Notes: generated by a model not told the origin, from the letters alone. Positions 1-12,479 are shown, counted from the first letter of the stretch. The stretch is 64,000 bases of DNA from Octopus vulgaris (GCA_951406725.2 OX597824.1:42408001-42472000); one strand, 5' to 3'. A program made the numbers and translations.

Positions 1-82
1 ATATGTCAGTACCAATTTCTACTTAGTTTTTGTTTTTTATTGAAACAACTTTAAAAAATAAATAGGTTAAATGTGCGCATAC

Positions 83-330
83 GTGGCTATGTGGTAAGAA
101 ATTTGCTTCCCAACCATACGGTTCCGAGTTCAATCACACTGCATTGCACCATCGGCAAGTGTTTTGTACTAATAGCCTCAGGCTGAATAAAGCCTTGTGA
201 GTGGATTTGTTAGACGGAAATTGAAAGAAGCCCATCACACGTATGTGTGTGCGTGTGTGTGTGTGTTTTCATGTCTCCTTGTCCCACACCTACCGACTGA
301 CAACCGGTGTTGATGTGTTTACGTTCCAAT
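83..330 (+). mobile_element. tRNA-derived SINE family A, 5' part
   Basis: Head gtggctatgtggtaagaa...ggttccgagttcaatcac (A/B-box-like), then gcaagtg...gtgagtggatttg...gaaagaagccc, as in the full copy at 2407-2832. Confidence 0.85.
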
Positions 331-343
331 AACACACACACAC

Positions 344-409
<66 letters not shown>

Positions 410-493
410 TGTATGTGTATATGTATGTATGTGTATATGTATATATATATATGTATATATATGTATACATATATATGTGTGTGTGTGTGTATG

Positions 494-855
494 TATATAA
501 TTCAGAGAAAAACCTCTATGTAGCAATTCAATAGTGAAAGACGTTATTCATATCATATATAAAAATAAATATACTATAAAAACCTTATTCTAAATATCAA
601 TAAAGTACATAAACAATAGTAAATAGTAGTAAAATTGACTATTTACTATTTATTGTTTATGTACTTTATTGATTTTTAGAATAAGGTTTTTATAGTATAT
701 TTATTTTTTCTATACGATGTGAATAACATATTTCACTATTGAATTGCTTAATAGAGTTTTTTCTCTAAATTATATAAATATATTATATATTGTGAAATTT
801 GATTTAGAATTGCTAAATTGAATTTTTCCCTGTAGTTTGGAATTATATTCCCTAC
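494..855. mobile_element. AT-rich foldback element (probable inverted PLE terminal-repeat remnant)
   Basis: Arms about 494-627 and 639-777 are reverse complements. Tail 820-855 matches 63803-63840 in the opposite orientation. Confidence 0.6.
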
Positions 856-868
856 TATTATATATATA

Positions 869-920
<52 letters not shown>

Positions 921-921
<1 letters not shown>

Positions 922-1172
922 ACGATGGGCTTCTTATATGTATGTATGTATGTATGTGTGTGTGTGTATGTGTGTCAGTGTTAGTCCTTCTACAACAGCT
1001 TGATAACTGGTGTTGGGGTGTTTGCGTCCCCGTACTTTAGCGGTTCGGTAAAAGCAACCGATATAATAATTATCAGTCTTAACAAATAATTACTGGGATC
1101 GATTCATTCAACTAAAAGTTGCTCCAGCAAGGCCATAGTCTAATGACTGAAACAAGTAAAAGATAAAAGAAA
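921..1172 (+). mobile_element. SINE family A, 3' part
   Basis: cgtccccgtacttta gcggttcgg...ctgggatcgattcattca...gactgaaacaagtaaaaga tail shared with other copies. Confidence 0.8.
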
Positions 1173-1294
1173 AGATGCCATGTACGTTACAAACGATAAA
1201 CTAAAGTATAATTAAACGACTCAAAATTTGAGGATATTTTCATAAATGCAATAAAGACAGACTCTGGAACATACCGGTATGAGTATACATATAT

Positions 1295-1681
1295 GTGGAG
1301 GCGCAATGGCCCAGTGGTTAGGGCAGCGGACTCGCGGTCATAGGATCGCGGTTTCGATTCCCAAACCGGGCGTTGTGAGTGTTTATTGAGCGAAAACACC
1401 TAAAAAGCTCCACGAGGCTCCGGCAGGGGATGGTGGTGATCCCTGCTGTACTCTTTCACCACAACTTTCTCTCACTCTTACTTCCTGTTTCTGTTGTGCC
1501 TGTATTTCAAGGGGCCGGCCTTGTCACTCTCTGTGTCACGCTGAATATCCCCGAGAACTACGTTAAGGGTGCACCTATCTGTGGAGTGCTCAGCCACTTA
1601 CACGTTAATTTCACGAGCAGGCTGTTCCGTTGATTCGGATCAACCGGAACCCTCATCGTCGTAACCGACGGAGTGCTTCCA
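1295..1681 (+). mobile_element. tRNA-derived SINE family C, full length
   Basis: A box tggcccagtgg, B box ggtttcgattccc, about 390 bp between TA-rich repeats. Related head on the minus strand near 20460-20538. Confidence 0.85.
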
Positions 1682-2058
1682 TACATATATATCCGTTTGT
1701 AGATTCTTGAACTGTGCTGATTCCAGCTATGAGTGTCGTCTGTCAATCTTATAATCTACTCCCACGTATAAACTTGTATGTGAACAGAAAAATGTAATAT
1801 GTGTGCGTGAATAAGCAGGAACTACGACCATAAATAGGAATATACAGATAAATTTTTAACTAACTGCTTCTTGGGTATATATGAAGCACTTAGAGTATAT
1901 ATCCGAGTATGGCCGAAGCCATAGACTAAAGGCTTGATCATTAACTACAGTCAAGCTGCGATGTATCAAATATTCGCTTGCTGTTGGATGGTGCCGAGGT
2001 AAATAATTACTAGCATTAAACTAGTTCTCTGAGCAAAAATATATCTGGCCCACTATGC

Positions 2059-2222
2059 GACTGTATGGTAAGAAGTTTGCTTTCCAACCATATGGCTTCG
2101 GGTTCAGTCAACTGCATAACATCTTGAGCAAGTGTCTTCTGCTATCGTCTCGGCTCCACTGAAGTCTTGTGAGTGGATTTGGTTGACTGTAACAGAAAGA
2201 AGACTTTCGTGTGAGTGTGTGT
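2059..2222 (+). mobile_element. SINE family A, 5' fragment
   Basis: gactgtatggtaagaagtttgc...gggttcagtc...gtgagtggatttgg. Confidence 0.8.
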
Positions 2223-2406
2223 ATTATAGGGTGAAAAGTAAAAGGGCAAAAGAGTAAAAGATAAAGTGCCCCTTTGGTCATGACTGGCCATGGGATTGCA
2301 CCTAGAATGCACCATTCCTAGGCACAAGACCGGGAAAGGGTGTTTATAAAAGATAAGCAGTTACCCATGTATACCAGCCTCCCTTCTCCACGCAACCGAT
2401 GTTATA

Positions 2407-2832
2407 CAGGAGTGGCTGTGTGGTAAGCAGCTTGGCTTGCTTACCAACCACATGTTTCCGGGTTCAGTCCTACTGCGTTGAAACTTAAACAAGTACCTTC
2501 TACTATAGCCTCGGGCCGACCAAAGCCTTGTGAGTGGATTTGGTAGACGGAAACTGAAAGAAGCCCGTCGTATATATGTATATATGTATATATATGTATG
2601 TGTGTGTATATGTTTGTGTGTGTCTGTGTTTGTCTCCCCAACATCGCTTGACGAACGATGTTGGTGTGTTTAGATCCTCGTAATCTAGCGGTTCGACAAA
2701 AGAGATCTATAGAATAAGTACTAGGCTTACAAAGAATAAGTCTTGGGGTCGATTTGCTCGACTAAAAGCGGTGCTCCAGCATGACCGCAGTCAAATAACT
2801 GAAACAAATAAAAGAGTAAAAGAGTAAAGAGA
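2407..2832 (+). mobile_element. SINE family A, full length, with internal (TA/TG)n and (AAGAGTA)n tail
   Basis: Complete head-body-microsatellite-tail structure that recurs about ten times in the window. Confidence 0.9.
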
Positions 2833-3061
2833 ATTTGGTGCCAGTATTATATTGTATTATTATAAGAATATAATATAATATACTACTATGCTAATAAACT
2901 TTAAATTTGAATTGCCAATTGTTATACATCTCCATTTCCTGTTATTTTTCATAATTTAATATACACTCATGTAATTTGTAAAGATTTTCTCTGCAAAATT
3001 GGGTATCTGCTTGTGGAGCAAGTGAAAACCTGAATGTTTTTCATCCCCATCTTCCCTGGCT

Positions 3062-3142
<81 letters not shown>

Positions 3143-3240
3143 ACATATATAATGCATATATGGGTACAGAACGTCACCAACTTCATAAACAATATGAAAT
3201 ACGAAAACAAACGAGTTATATATATATATATATATATATA

Positions 3241-3655
3241 GTTATTAAAATTATAAATTAGGGCATCTACGAGATACCACCATGCTGAAAATAGCAGCCA
3301 TGATCTGACTCTAAAACCACCTTAATTGTCCATATAACTGGCCATGATGCATACGTGCATATATATGTATGTATACGTTCGTATATGTAAGTATTCGTAT
3401 GTTGTGCTTATATATATATGTATTTATGTTTCTCTTCTGTGTGTATCCTACAGACGACGCAAAGCATTACTAAATGCAAAGCTAGAAATCCGGGATCTAG
3501 AATTATCCAGTAATTTTTTAGTAGTTTCATCTTGTCTCTTTGTTTTCTCTCCGTGTTGATATATGGACAATTAAGGTGGCTTTAGAGTCAGATCATGGCT
3601 GCTATTTTCAGCATGGTGGTATCTCGTAGATACCCTAATTTATAATTTTAATTAC
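3241..3655. mobile_element. Foldback element with about 96-bp inverted arms enclosing a degenerate hammerhead
   Basis: 3241-3336 is the reverse complement of 3560-3655 (about 3 mismatches). Confidence 0.8.
3444..3503 (+). ncRNA. Degenerate minimal type-I hammerhead motif
   Basis: atccta CAGACGA (CUGANGA with one change); stem II gcatt/aatgc; GAAA 3485-3488; near-palindromic atccgggat; TC; tagaat. Confidence 0.45.
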
Positions 3656-3804
3656 TATTACCTTTGAGGGTTATTTTTTCTGTGCTGACCACTTGATAAA
3701 ATCGTAATTTTATTTTTAAATTAACGATCTTATCCGATCTAAAAGTGTAAAGAGTACCTGTTACGTTAAATTATGTACATAAATGTATATATATATATAT
3801 ATAT

Positions 3805-3867
<63 letters not shown>

Positions 3868-3942
3868 CATACATACATATGCATATATGGGTACAGAGCG
3901 TCACCAACTGCATAAACAATATGAAATACGAAAACAAACGTG

Positions 3943-3993
<51 letters not shown>

Positions 3994-4049
3994 CGTACAA
4001 TATATATACATATATATATATTAATGTGTATATATATGTGTGTGTGCAT

Positions 4050-4280
4050 GTATGTATGCATGTGTTAGTAGGCGTCTTCGTATTTGTGTTTGTCCACCAC
4101 CATCAACCGGTGTTGGCTTGTTTACGACCTCGTAACTTAGCAGTTCGGCATAAATGACAGATAGAATAAGTACCAAACTTAAAAAAGAAAAGGCACTGTG
4201 TTTGACTTCGACTAAAACCTTCAAGGCGGTTGCCCCAGCATGGTCAGAGTCCACTGTTTAAATCAAGTAAAAGATAAGAA
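4050..4280 (+). mobile_element. SINE family A, 3' part
   Basis: caaccggtgttgg...cgtaacttagcagttcggc...gatagaataagtacc...ccagcatgg...caagtaaaaga. Confidence 0.75.
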
Positions 4281-5165
4281 ACAACATCCCAAAGTAGGAT
4301 TTTATGAAAAATGATTGTATTTTCTAAGAAATTCTGTGAAGATTCTGGTGTCTCTTTCTCGCTGAGAAACTAGCATTAAGAAAAAGGCATGTGGGAAAAC
4401 GGCGGGCTTTATAACAGCCTGAGGTTATCATTTCATAATTACGTCGACTAATTATTTTGTTTTATGTTTATCTGTTTATTCGTTTCAGGGATGAAGTTGC
4501 TTAGCTGTTTACGCTTATTTATTTAGTTGTTTGTTTCTTCATTTATTTAGTTGTTAATTTATTCATAAAGCCACTAATGAATGTTTCTTATTGTAAATAA
4601 TCAAGCGCAGAGCAATAATTAGATGTTAATTAAAGACGTAATTGTAATGATGAATGCTGATACTGCGATGGAGTTAATAAGTAAATGATACAGCTTTAGT
4701 GTGTTTGGATAGGAGATTTATAGTAAAATACTCATTAATATGTGCGTGTATGTGTGTGTGTGTATATATGTACAACACCTACTCACATACACGCACATAC
4801 ATATTTATATACATATATATATATAATTGTAGTCGTCTGAAAGTGTGTGTGTGGTATGTTTTGAATGAATATATACATACACATAAATGAGTGTATGTTT
4901 GTGTGTGTCTGTGTTGTGTAGTGTGCGTGTGTATGTATGTGTGCGAGTTTATGTATTTTGTGTGCGTGCGTGAAGCGGTGTGATATGTATCACATTACGA
5001 TTAAAAGGTGCCGAGCGAAAGAATTCACCACCTGAAACGAACCGTTTTAGTGTAATGTAATACAGACACACACACACACGCACGCACACATACACACACA
5101 CGCACACACACACGCATGTATATACTTATAGATGTAAATGTAGGGATAAGCGAATTAGACATACC

Positions 5166-5596
5166 AATATATATAGAGTATATTAAATTGATGAAATACG
5201 AAAAATGTATATATGTACACATATGAAAAGGTTCAACTTATACAGAGTACAAATGATATAAAAACTTAAAGGGATGGAGGAAAAGTATTACAAATCCTAC
5301 AGCTGTATCTGGTGGCTCGGTGGTCCATAATAATGTTTGTAGATGGATTCATTTTCTCCTTTAACATCTCAAATGTAAGATCTCTTCCCTGAAAGTGTAG
5401 GCTCGTCTCACTCTATGATGAAATCAATCTACAAACATTATTATGGATCACCAATCCCTAAGAAACAGCTGTTGGATTTGTAATAATTTTCCTCCACCCC
5501 TTTAAATTTCTATATAATGTGTACTCTATGTAACTTTTTATATGTATACATATATACATTTTTTGTATTTCATGTATTTAATATACTTTATATATT
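5166..5596. mobile_element. Foldback element (about 185-bp diverged arms) with a degenerate hammerhead
   Basis: 5166-5352 is approximately the reverse complement of 5418-5596. tcc CTGAAAG (5389-5395)...GAAA cagctg TT gga (5462-5476). Confidence 0.7.
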
Positions 5597-5804
5597 GATC
5601 TGTCTTATTCGTTTAACCCCACATTTACCTCTATACCCGCACAAGTTTAAATCTCTTAAACACTACTTGTCTGTTATAGGGAGAATATTTGGGTTTCATC
5701 TGTGAACTATGTATATACTTATACACACACATACACATACACACACATATATTTATAATACATACACATACATACGTATATAAATATATAAATATATATA
5801 TGTA

Positions 5805-5854
<50 letters not shown>

Positions 5855-5996
5855 CATACATACATACATACATACATACATACATACATACATACATACA
5901 TACATACATACATACGGTGACGGATAAATTCCACCACGGTATATTCCAGCAAGGTAAATTTCACCATAGGTGAAATTATCATTATTGTTATTGTTG

Positions 5997-6048
<52 letters not shown>

Positions 6049-6049
6049 C

Positions 6050-6810
6050 ATTATTATATGGGTTACGATATTATGGAAATAAAAAATGAATGCATAAAAA
6101 ATAATATCAATAATGTCAATGAATACAAAAAGTACGAAGAAGAAAAAATAATTAGGGAACAACCTCACAAAGTAATATACGGTGAATACTTTAAACACCT
6201 GATTGAGGGAGTAGTATCAAAAAGAGAATCATTGAAATTTATAAAACAAAGCAAATACTCAATGAGACATAAATATATTATACAGTATTTACAAGACAGA
6301 AACAACTACTATGGAAGAAAAACGGCATGCAGATATTGTAAAACACAACGGAAATATCGAACATATGGCAATACAATGTGGAAAAATAGCATGCATGAAA
6401 TATAAAGAGAGACGTGGTGAGATAACCAAGATAATCTTTGCGGACCTACTACAGCAATATAACACATAAAAAACCCAGAAAATCAGAAACGTGCAAAAAG
6501 ATATGGTAACAACAACTGAAAAGGTTAAGATTTTAGTAGGTAGCTCAGTAATAACACCAAACCATATAGAAAACAATAAACTCGATATTACAATATTTGC
6601 CCACGAAAGAGAAGAAACAATAATAATCGAAATTGGAATAACATCGACAAAAAAAACTGAACGAAGTTGAAATGACAAAAATACAAAAGTATAATAGACT
6701 TGCAAAAGAAATTGAACAGATGAATGGATATAAGGTTAAAATAATACCATTTATAATGATTTGGGGCGGAATGGTCTCAAAGAGGAAAAAGAAAGACGAA
6801 ATGTACATTT
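6050..6810 (+). mobile_element. R4/Dong-like non-LTR retrotransposon, C-terminal fragment (zinc knuckle + restriction-like endonuclease), frameshifted
   Basis: CRYCK..IEHMAIQC, YKERR, NNKLDI...IIIEIGIT, KIQKYNRLAKEI, VKIIPFIMIWGGMV across frames; starts inside (ATT)n. Confidence 0.8.
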
Positions 6811-6814
6811 GGTG

Positions 6815-7210
6815 CAGTGTTTTCAACAGGGACAGTGCCTACGATGGGAGGGATATGTGGTCAGTCGCAAAATCATATGGAAATAACTTTGGGCTTGGGG
6901 ACAAGCAAGAATATATCCTTCCTGATCAAGTCCACCTTCGACATTTTGCCGTCACCGGTCAACTTAGTCCGGTGGAACATACAAACGGCTGATGAATTTA
7001 AATGCGGAGAGAAAGCGACGATGCGACATGTCCTGTCAAACTACAGGCTGGCACTTGACAAATATGCATGGCGTCACAACCAAGTCCTCGGTGTTATTAG
7101 CACAGCACCCAAGGAGAAGATCGAGGAGTACAATAGGGGAGAGTACCCGAAACTGGAAAAGCGTGGAAGGATATACCTCCAGAAGGAGGGAAAAGGACAT
7201 AAGACCAGGT
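6815..7210 (+). mobile_element. HERO/NeSL-like RLE non-LTR fragment
   Basis: ISFLIKSTFDILPSPVNLVRW...KCGEKATMRHVLS...YAWRHNQVL resembles the HERO-clade zinc-finger/RHD region. Confidence 0.75.
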
Positions 7211-8060
7211 AGTTCTTGTTTTCATGTATCAGGGTGGGGTAATTAATCAGACGTGTTGTGGATTTATTAGTATAGAAAACTGTTTCTCTTGTGCTTGATG
7301 TTCATAAAAGTATTTGGGTAAAGGTTGTTTGCCTATATATTTCTTTCTAGGTGTTCATTGTTCTATAAGCAATTTGATTAGTACATAGGTGTTATATGGA
7401 GGTAAAATTTGTTTGTTGTTTGTTTATATATTTTCTTCAAAATTCTCTTCTAGATATATTCTAAAGTGGGTCCGATATAGAATATGTGTATATATATTCA
7501 TGTATAAAAATGAGAACAAAAATAAAATATGATTTAATTAGTAAAAGAAAAATGAAGAATGAGAAAAAGAAAGTTATATTTCAGTTTGCTTGCAAACAGG
7601 TATACATTTTTTATATTTGTGTATGTGGTGGAGTTTCTGAAGTTATATTAGAAAACCTTATGTAGGAATTTTGATTGATGATAGAGAAATTTGGGAATAA
7701 TTTCTAGAGTAATTGTTTAGTGTAAAGCAGTAAAAGTGTAAAGCTCTAAAAGAGTAATGCTGTAAAGCGTTTCTATTTTATATTATGGGGGTTGTTTATG
7801 GTGTAGGTGGATGGAAGGGAGTGTATGAGATATTAAAAAGTTAAGCCATTAGAAAAGATTATTAGTTTAAAAGGTTTTACTGATTTTAAGACTCGGTGCT
7901 AGCATGAATAGACTAGTTCGGAGTTTAGATTCAGGATTTAGTCCATGAATGTTAGAATGTAGTTAGAATAATTTGCAAAATGTTGGCAAGGTTTTTTATA
8001 ACTCTGGAATGGTGGATGCGTGTAAGAGTATTTTCCAATTTATGCTACCAGTAACTTGAC
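7211..8060 (-). mobile_element. Highly decayed retroelement, possibly PLE (GIY-YIG-like remnant)
   Basis: Minus-strand translation near 7300-7390 gives RKKYIGKQ...FYEHQ; otherwise full of stops. Confidence 0.3.
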
Positions 8061-8082
8061 TCAGATAGAAAGATAGATAGAT

Positions 8083-8170
<88 letters not shown>

Positions 8171-8579
8171 GTCTATCTGATTTTTGAAGTTTTTTAAACC
8201 GGTTTCCTATTTCTTGTTTATTGAATATGCAAGATTTGTCTGAATTGATCGTTGTCTCAGCTTTTGCTCAGGACTAATAGAGAATATTTTGTAACGTATA
8301 TTTTAAATAGTAATTTAGAAGAAGAATAAAAACGCGTATGACTTTGTTCAGACCTACCACGTTTAATGGAAGAAAAGCAGAAAGTGTCTTCAATCCAAAT
8401 GTCTTTAGCTTACGTAGATCGTTATACTGTGTAATACAAGCATCTGTCACCTTTTTTGCTCTTAGATATGTCCTCCTTGTTGCAAGCATTCGGACCCAGG
8501 TTCACGGTTGGAGGATACTTTTAACCCACTCCCACTAGTCTTGGAGGTCATGAGTACTGTCTTCCTTTTCGTCTAGAGT

Positions 8580-8915
8580 AATTCTTTCTAATTTTGGCAC
8601 AAGGCTAGCAATTATGAGGGAGATGGATTGAGTCCATTATATCAACTCCAGTACTTCAAAGCTACTCTATTTACCGATCAGGGAAGGAGGAAAAGTAAAG
8701 TTGACCTCGGTGGATAGGAACTCAGAATGTAAAGAGCTAAAAGAAATGCTGCTCTGCGTTATGTCCAGAATCTCTATCGACTCTGCTAGCACACTTCCTT
8801 CAAAATAATGGTTTCAAATTTTGGCACAAGGCCTGAAATTTTGAATGTGATAGGGTTAATCGATTACACCTACCCCACTGAACAACTGGGCGACCGCGAA
8901 AGGATGAAAGGTCGT
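8580..8915 (-). mobile_element. Two diverged SINE family B (Nin/Deu-domain) copies
   Basis: ttttggcacaaggc...gaaggaggaaaagtaaagttgacctcgg and gaaaggatgaaagg are the reverse complement of the Nin-like core. Confidence 0.75.
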
Positions 8916-10078
8916 GATGCATGTGTCTAGTGTACCCTTATCAGACGGATAGTCATGATGGGTATATTAGGCTTCGTATATTTTACCCCACTGTCACTTT
9001 GACGGCATGTGCTCAATAATAATAATGCTATTAAAATCAATGCACTGATGCCCGCTACTTGAGAATAATTTGACGTGTTCCTATACAATTTCCTACTGCC
9101 AAATATTATTCACAGCACTTTGGTCATTTACTGTAGAAGGCACTTGTCCAACTGCTCGATCTCAAACGGATCGATCTCAAAACGTAATCACCAAAGTACA
9201 CAGTGATGCTTATATATTATCTGCTTTGTACACAAATAGATAAGAAATTCTTAAGTAAAGTTTTCTGAAAGACTGGAACACTCTCTTCTTAAAAATTAAG
9301 ACAAAGAATAACGAGAGAAAAAAAAGAACTGAAACCTTCCAGGAAAGAACACACCACTGCTATTTAACTAAATTCTTTAGACATACTGGATGTATCAGTT
9401 TATAAAAAGGAACTGCTTATTTAAAAGCACCGTAACATAATGATTCTAAAATTAGTTTATCAAATTAAATTTGAACTTTTCCAGTGCAAATATAGAATCT
9501 GAGGAAAACTTCAGCTAATAAATTTTTTCAGTCAAACGAATATTTTAAAAGAAAATTTCTCACTAAAATACCAAAAATAAACTGAGAATGGCAAAGCTCA
9601 TTAGTATAGTAAGATAGAGTATCGCAGGCCTGTATTTAGGTAATTTTATTTAATTGTTCTCATCGAAATAACAAGGCAATACCAATGACTTCAAAAGATA
9701 TGGATGTAACTCTCTGTTATAATTCTCCATGAGGAGGAAAAGAAATATAATTATAGCTAAATGGATTAAAAAGAGAATGGTATAAAACTTTCTGGGAAAA
9801 ATCATTAAAATTACAAGACTCGCCAGTAAAAGGAAGGACGGAATAAAATGCAAATATGACAAAAAAATATGTTGCTGATATAAATTAGCGAAATTTTTCA
9901 CACGCACTCAAGCATGCATAAGTATACACATGCCACATGCATATATAATATATATACTAACACACATGCGCACGCACATGCATATATATATATATATATG
10001 TATATATACACATACAGATGCATACATCCACATCCACAGATACATGCATGTATATACATACAACATACATATACACAC

Positions 10079-10190
<112 letters not shown>

Positions 10191-10253
10191 TGCACTTGCA
10201 CACACATGATAAATAAATACATACATACATACATAAATACATACATGCATACA

Positions 10254-10285
<32 letters not shown>

Positions 10286-11035
10286 AGCATGCATGGTGGT
10301 TGAGGCATCTTCTCAGATGATTGCCGCCTCCTCGTGCTTCTTTGTCACCAATGGCATTTCTGATTGTCCATATATGACCTCCCAGTTGGAGATCTGCATG
10401 GTATGTAGCATAGACGACAGATGAAAGCTGTAACTTACTGCGCGCTTCCAGCTGGTTAGACATGCACACATCACCATTCTTCCATCGGCATAAGACTTTC
10501 AGAAGATGGAATGATGAATGATATCACCATATACAGACATCCGTATATCGCTGAATTAAAGTGATCTACTTGTACAACATGAGTACCACCCTCGGAGATT
10601 AGTACCTATTGATTAGTACCTATTGACAGGCCGAAATGAGATGACTGGTAATCTAATAAAGACCGTAGGTTTTACATCAAAATATCCCTCGCCTAGAAAG
10701 GTAGTTTCATTGTGCACCCTGACACCCATCAAGGCCATTTCTGCGTCTCCATTCTTGGAGGGATTGTTATCATATATGCTAGTTATCTCAAAGCTTGAAC
10801 CCTGACTGACGTTACTATTTCGATTTAGAGCAGACCTGGGAACAACAGTGGCTAAGAGGTACTTCCACACTCCTTTGTATCTCCGAACCAGAGCTCCATT
10901 ATCGGAGGTAGTTTAAAATGGTACCCTGGACATACATACATTCATACATGCATACATACATATGTACATATATACATGCATACACACACACGCATACATA
11001 CAAGCATAAATGCATACATGCATGCATATATACAT

Positions 11036-11700
11036 GATGGCTGCCCCCTCGTTATCGAGTATGGCCATTGCACGAAGCTTAACTGTTATTGGTGCTGTGA
11101 TCGAATGTGACTTTTATTTGCTTTTTAAGGCTACTGCCAGCTATTCAGTTGAGACTCACATCACTGTCAACAACCAGGAACAATATTGCTATCGTGCAAT
11201 GCCTGTGCAAGAAGATTTTATTTTAAAGTGAGGAAAGGCTGTACACTGAGTCAATCCCACTCACTATGTAACAGCAGCGATAATCCGAAAAGAAGAACAA
11301 GTCAACATCATCGGTAACCACTGAGCCGCAGGTTTTATGTCGGAGTTTTCCCAGTTACCTGAGTTACCTTCTCCTAGAAGGATGCCCTAACAAAGGCTAG
11401 GAGTCGTTCACTCCCAATGGTTTAACCGCGTGATCGGGTATTCAGTCCGATTATTTCTATGTCCCCGCGCATGATACAGCCTTAAGCCTTTAAAAAAATA
11501 CACATTTATTGGATGGCCGTTGACCCTCAAGAGTTCCTCCACCCTTTGGCGGGTTTTGTTTTTCATCCTGCAGGTGTCCAATAAACACCCTCCTCACCAA
11601 GCAAGCTTGGTGGGGTTGCCGGTTTAGACGCCGACGGCCCGACCATGCAACAGGTTGTACTGGGTTACATGTTACCAGTAACACTCGAAAGTGACCTGAC
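11036..11700 (-). mobile_element. Non-autonomous RTE-derived element (5' UTR joined to 3' end)
   Basis: RTE 5'-UTR-type motif ctagcctt...ctaggagaagg on the minus strand (11366-11402); RTE-like 3' end at 11036-11075; inserted in (ATAC)n. Confidence 0.6.
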
Positions 11701-12479
11701 ATAACATGCATGCATACATACATTAGTACATGCATACATGCATACATGTATACATACATGCATACATACATACATAAATGCATACATACATTCATACATA
11801 CATACTTGCATACATATATACATACATACATACATACATACATACATACATACATACATACATACATACATACATACATACATACAAATAACAGATCGCA
11901 TTCTTCTTTTATAAGGATAACACCACGCTTCACAACAGGACCTTTAATGTTGCTAGATCACTTCACATTAAGTTTAACTATGCATACCAAAGTGTCCGTA
12001 ACTATAAATGTGCATCGTGCAAGAAGAACAACGAAGAATACAATCAACAGAGATATATTCTTTCTGAAATGGTTTGAAAATGATAACTTTGTTTTTAAAA
12101 CTCCCTCTACAAGACATTGAGTTGTTGATAATGATTCAAGAAATCGTATGTGTATATTCACAATAGAGTAATGCATCTTCATTTTGGCAAATTAACGCTT
12201 GCTTACATATCCTTTCGAAAACTGATAGGCAGTGCCTTGGAGACAATGAAAAAAATAAACAAAAGCAAAATAGTAAAAAATATTGTTTGTCTTCATGGAC
12301 TTGGAAAACAGAAACAAAGATTTACAGTAGAGTATCAGTTATGTGGTAATGTGTATTATGCAAGAGAAAAACAAACAAAATAACACATAGGTACTCGATT
12401 TCCAATTAAATAAGAAACAGGAAAGAGGAACAAAGTTTGGAGGTAGAAAAAAAAAGAAGTCATTAGTATACGCTGTTCA

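Larger units (their letters stand above)
3152..3944 (+). repeat. Pair of 66-bp direct repeats (3152-3217, 3879-3944)
   Basis: atgcatatatgggtacag...gaaaacaaacgwgtt, about 3 mismatches, each followed by (TA)n. Confidence 0.9.

Noticed and set aside
10361-10380. tgattgtcca resembling the miR-219 5' end
   Set aside because: The match stops after 10 nt, no precursor hairpin is evident, and it lies in a probable decayed LINE fragment.
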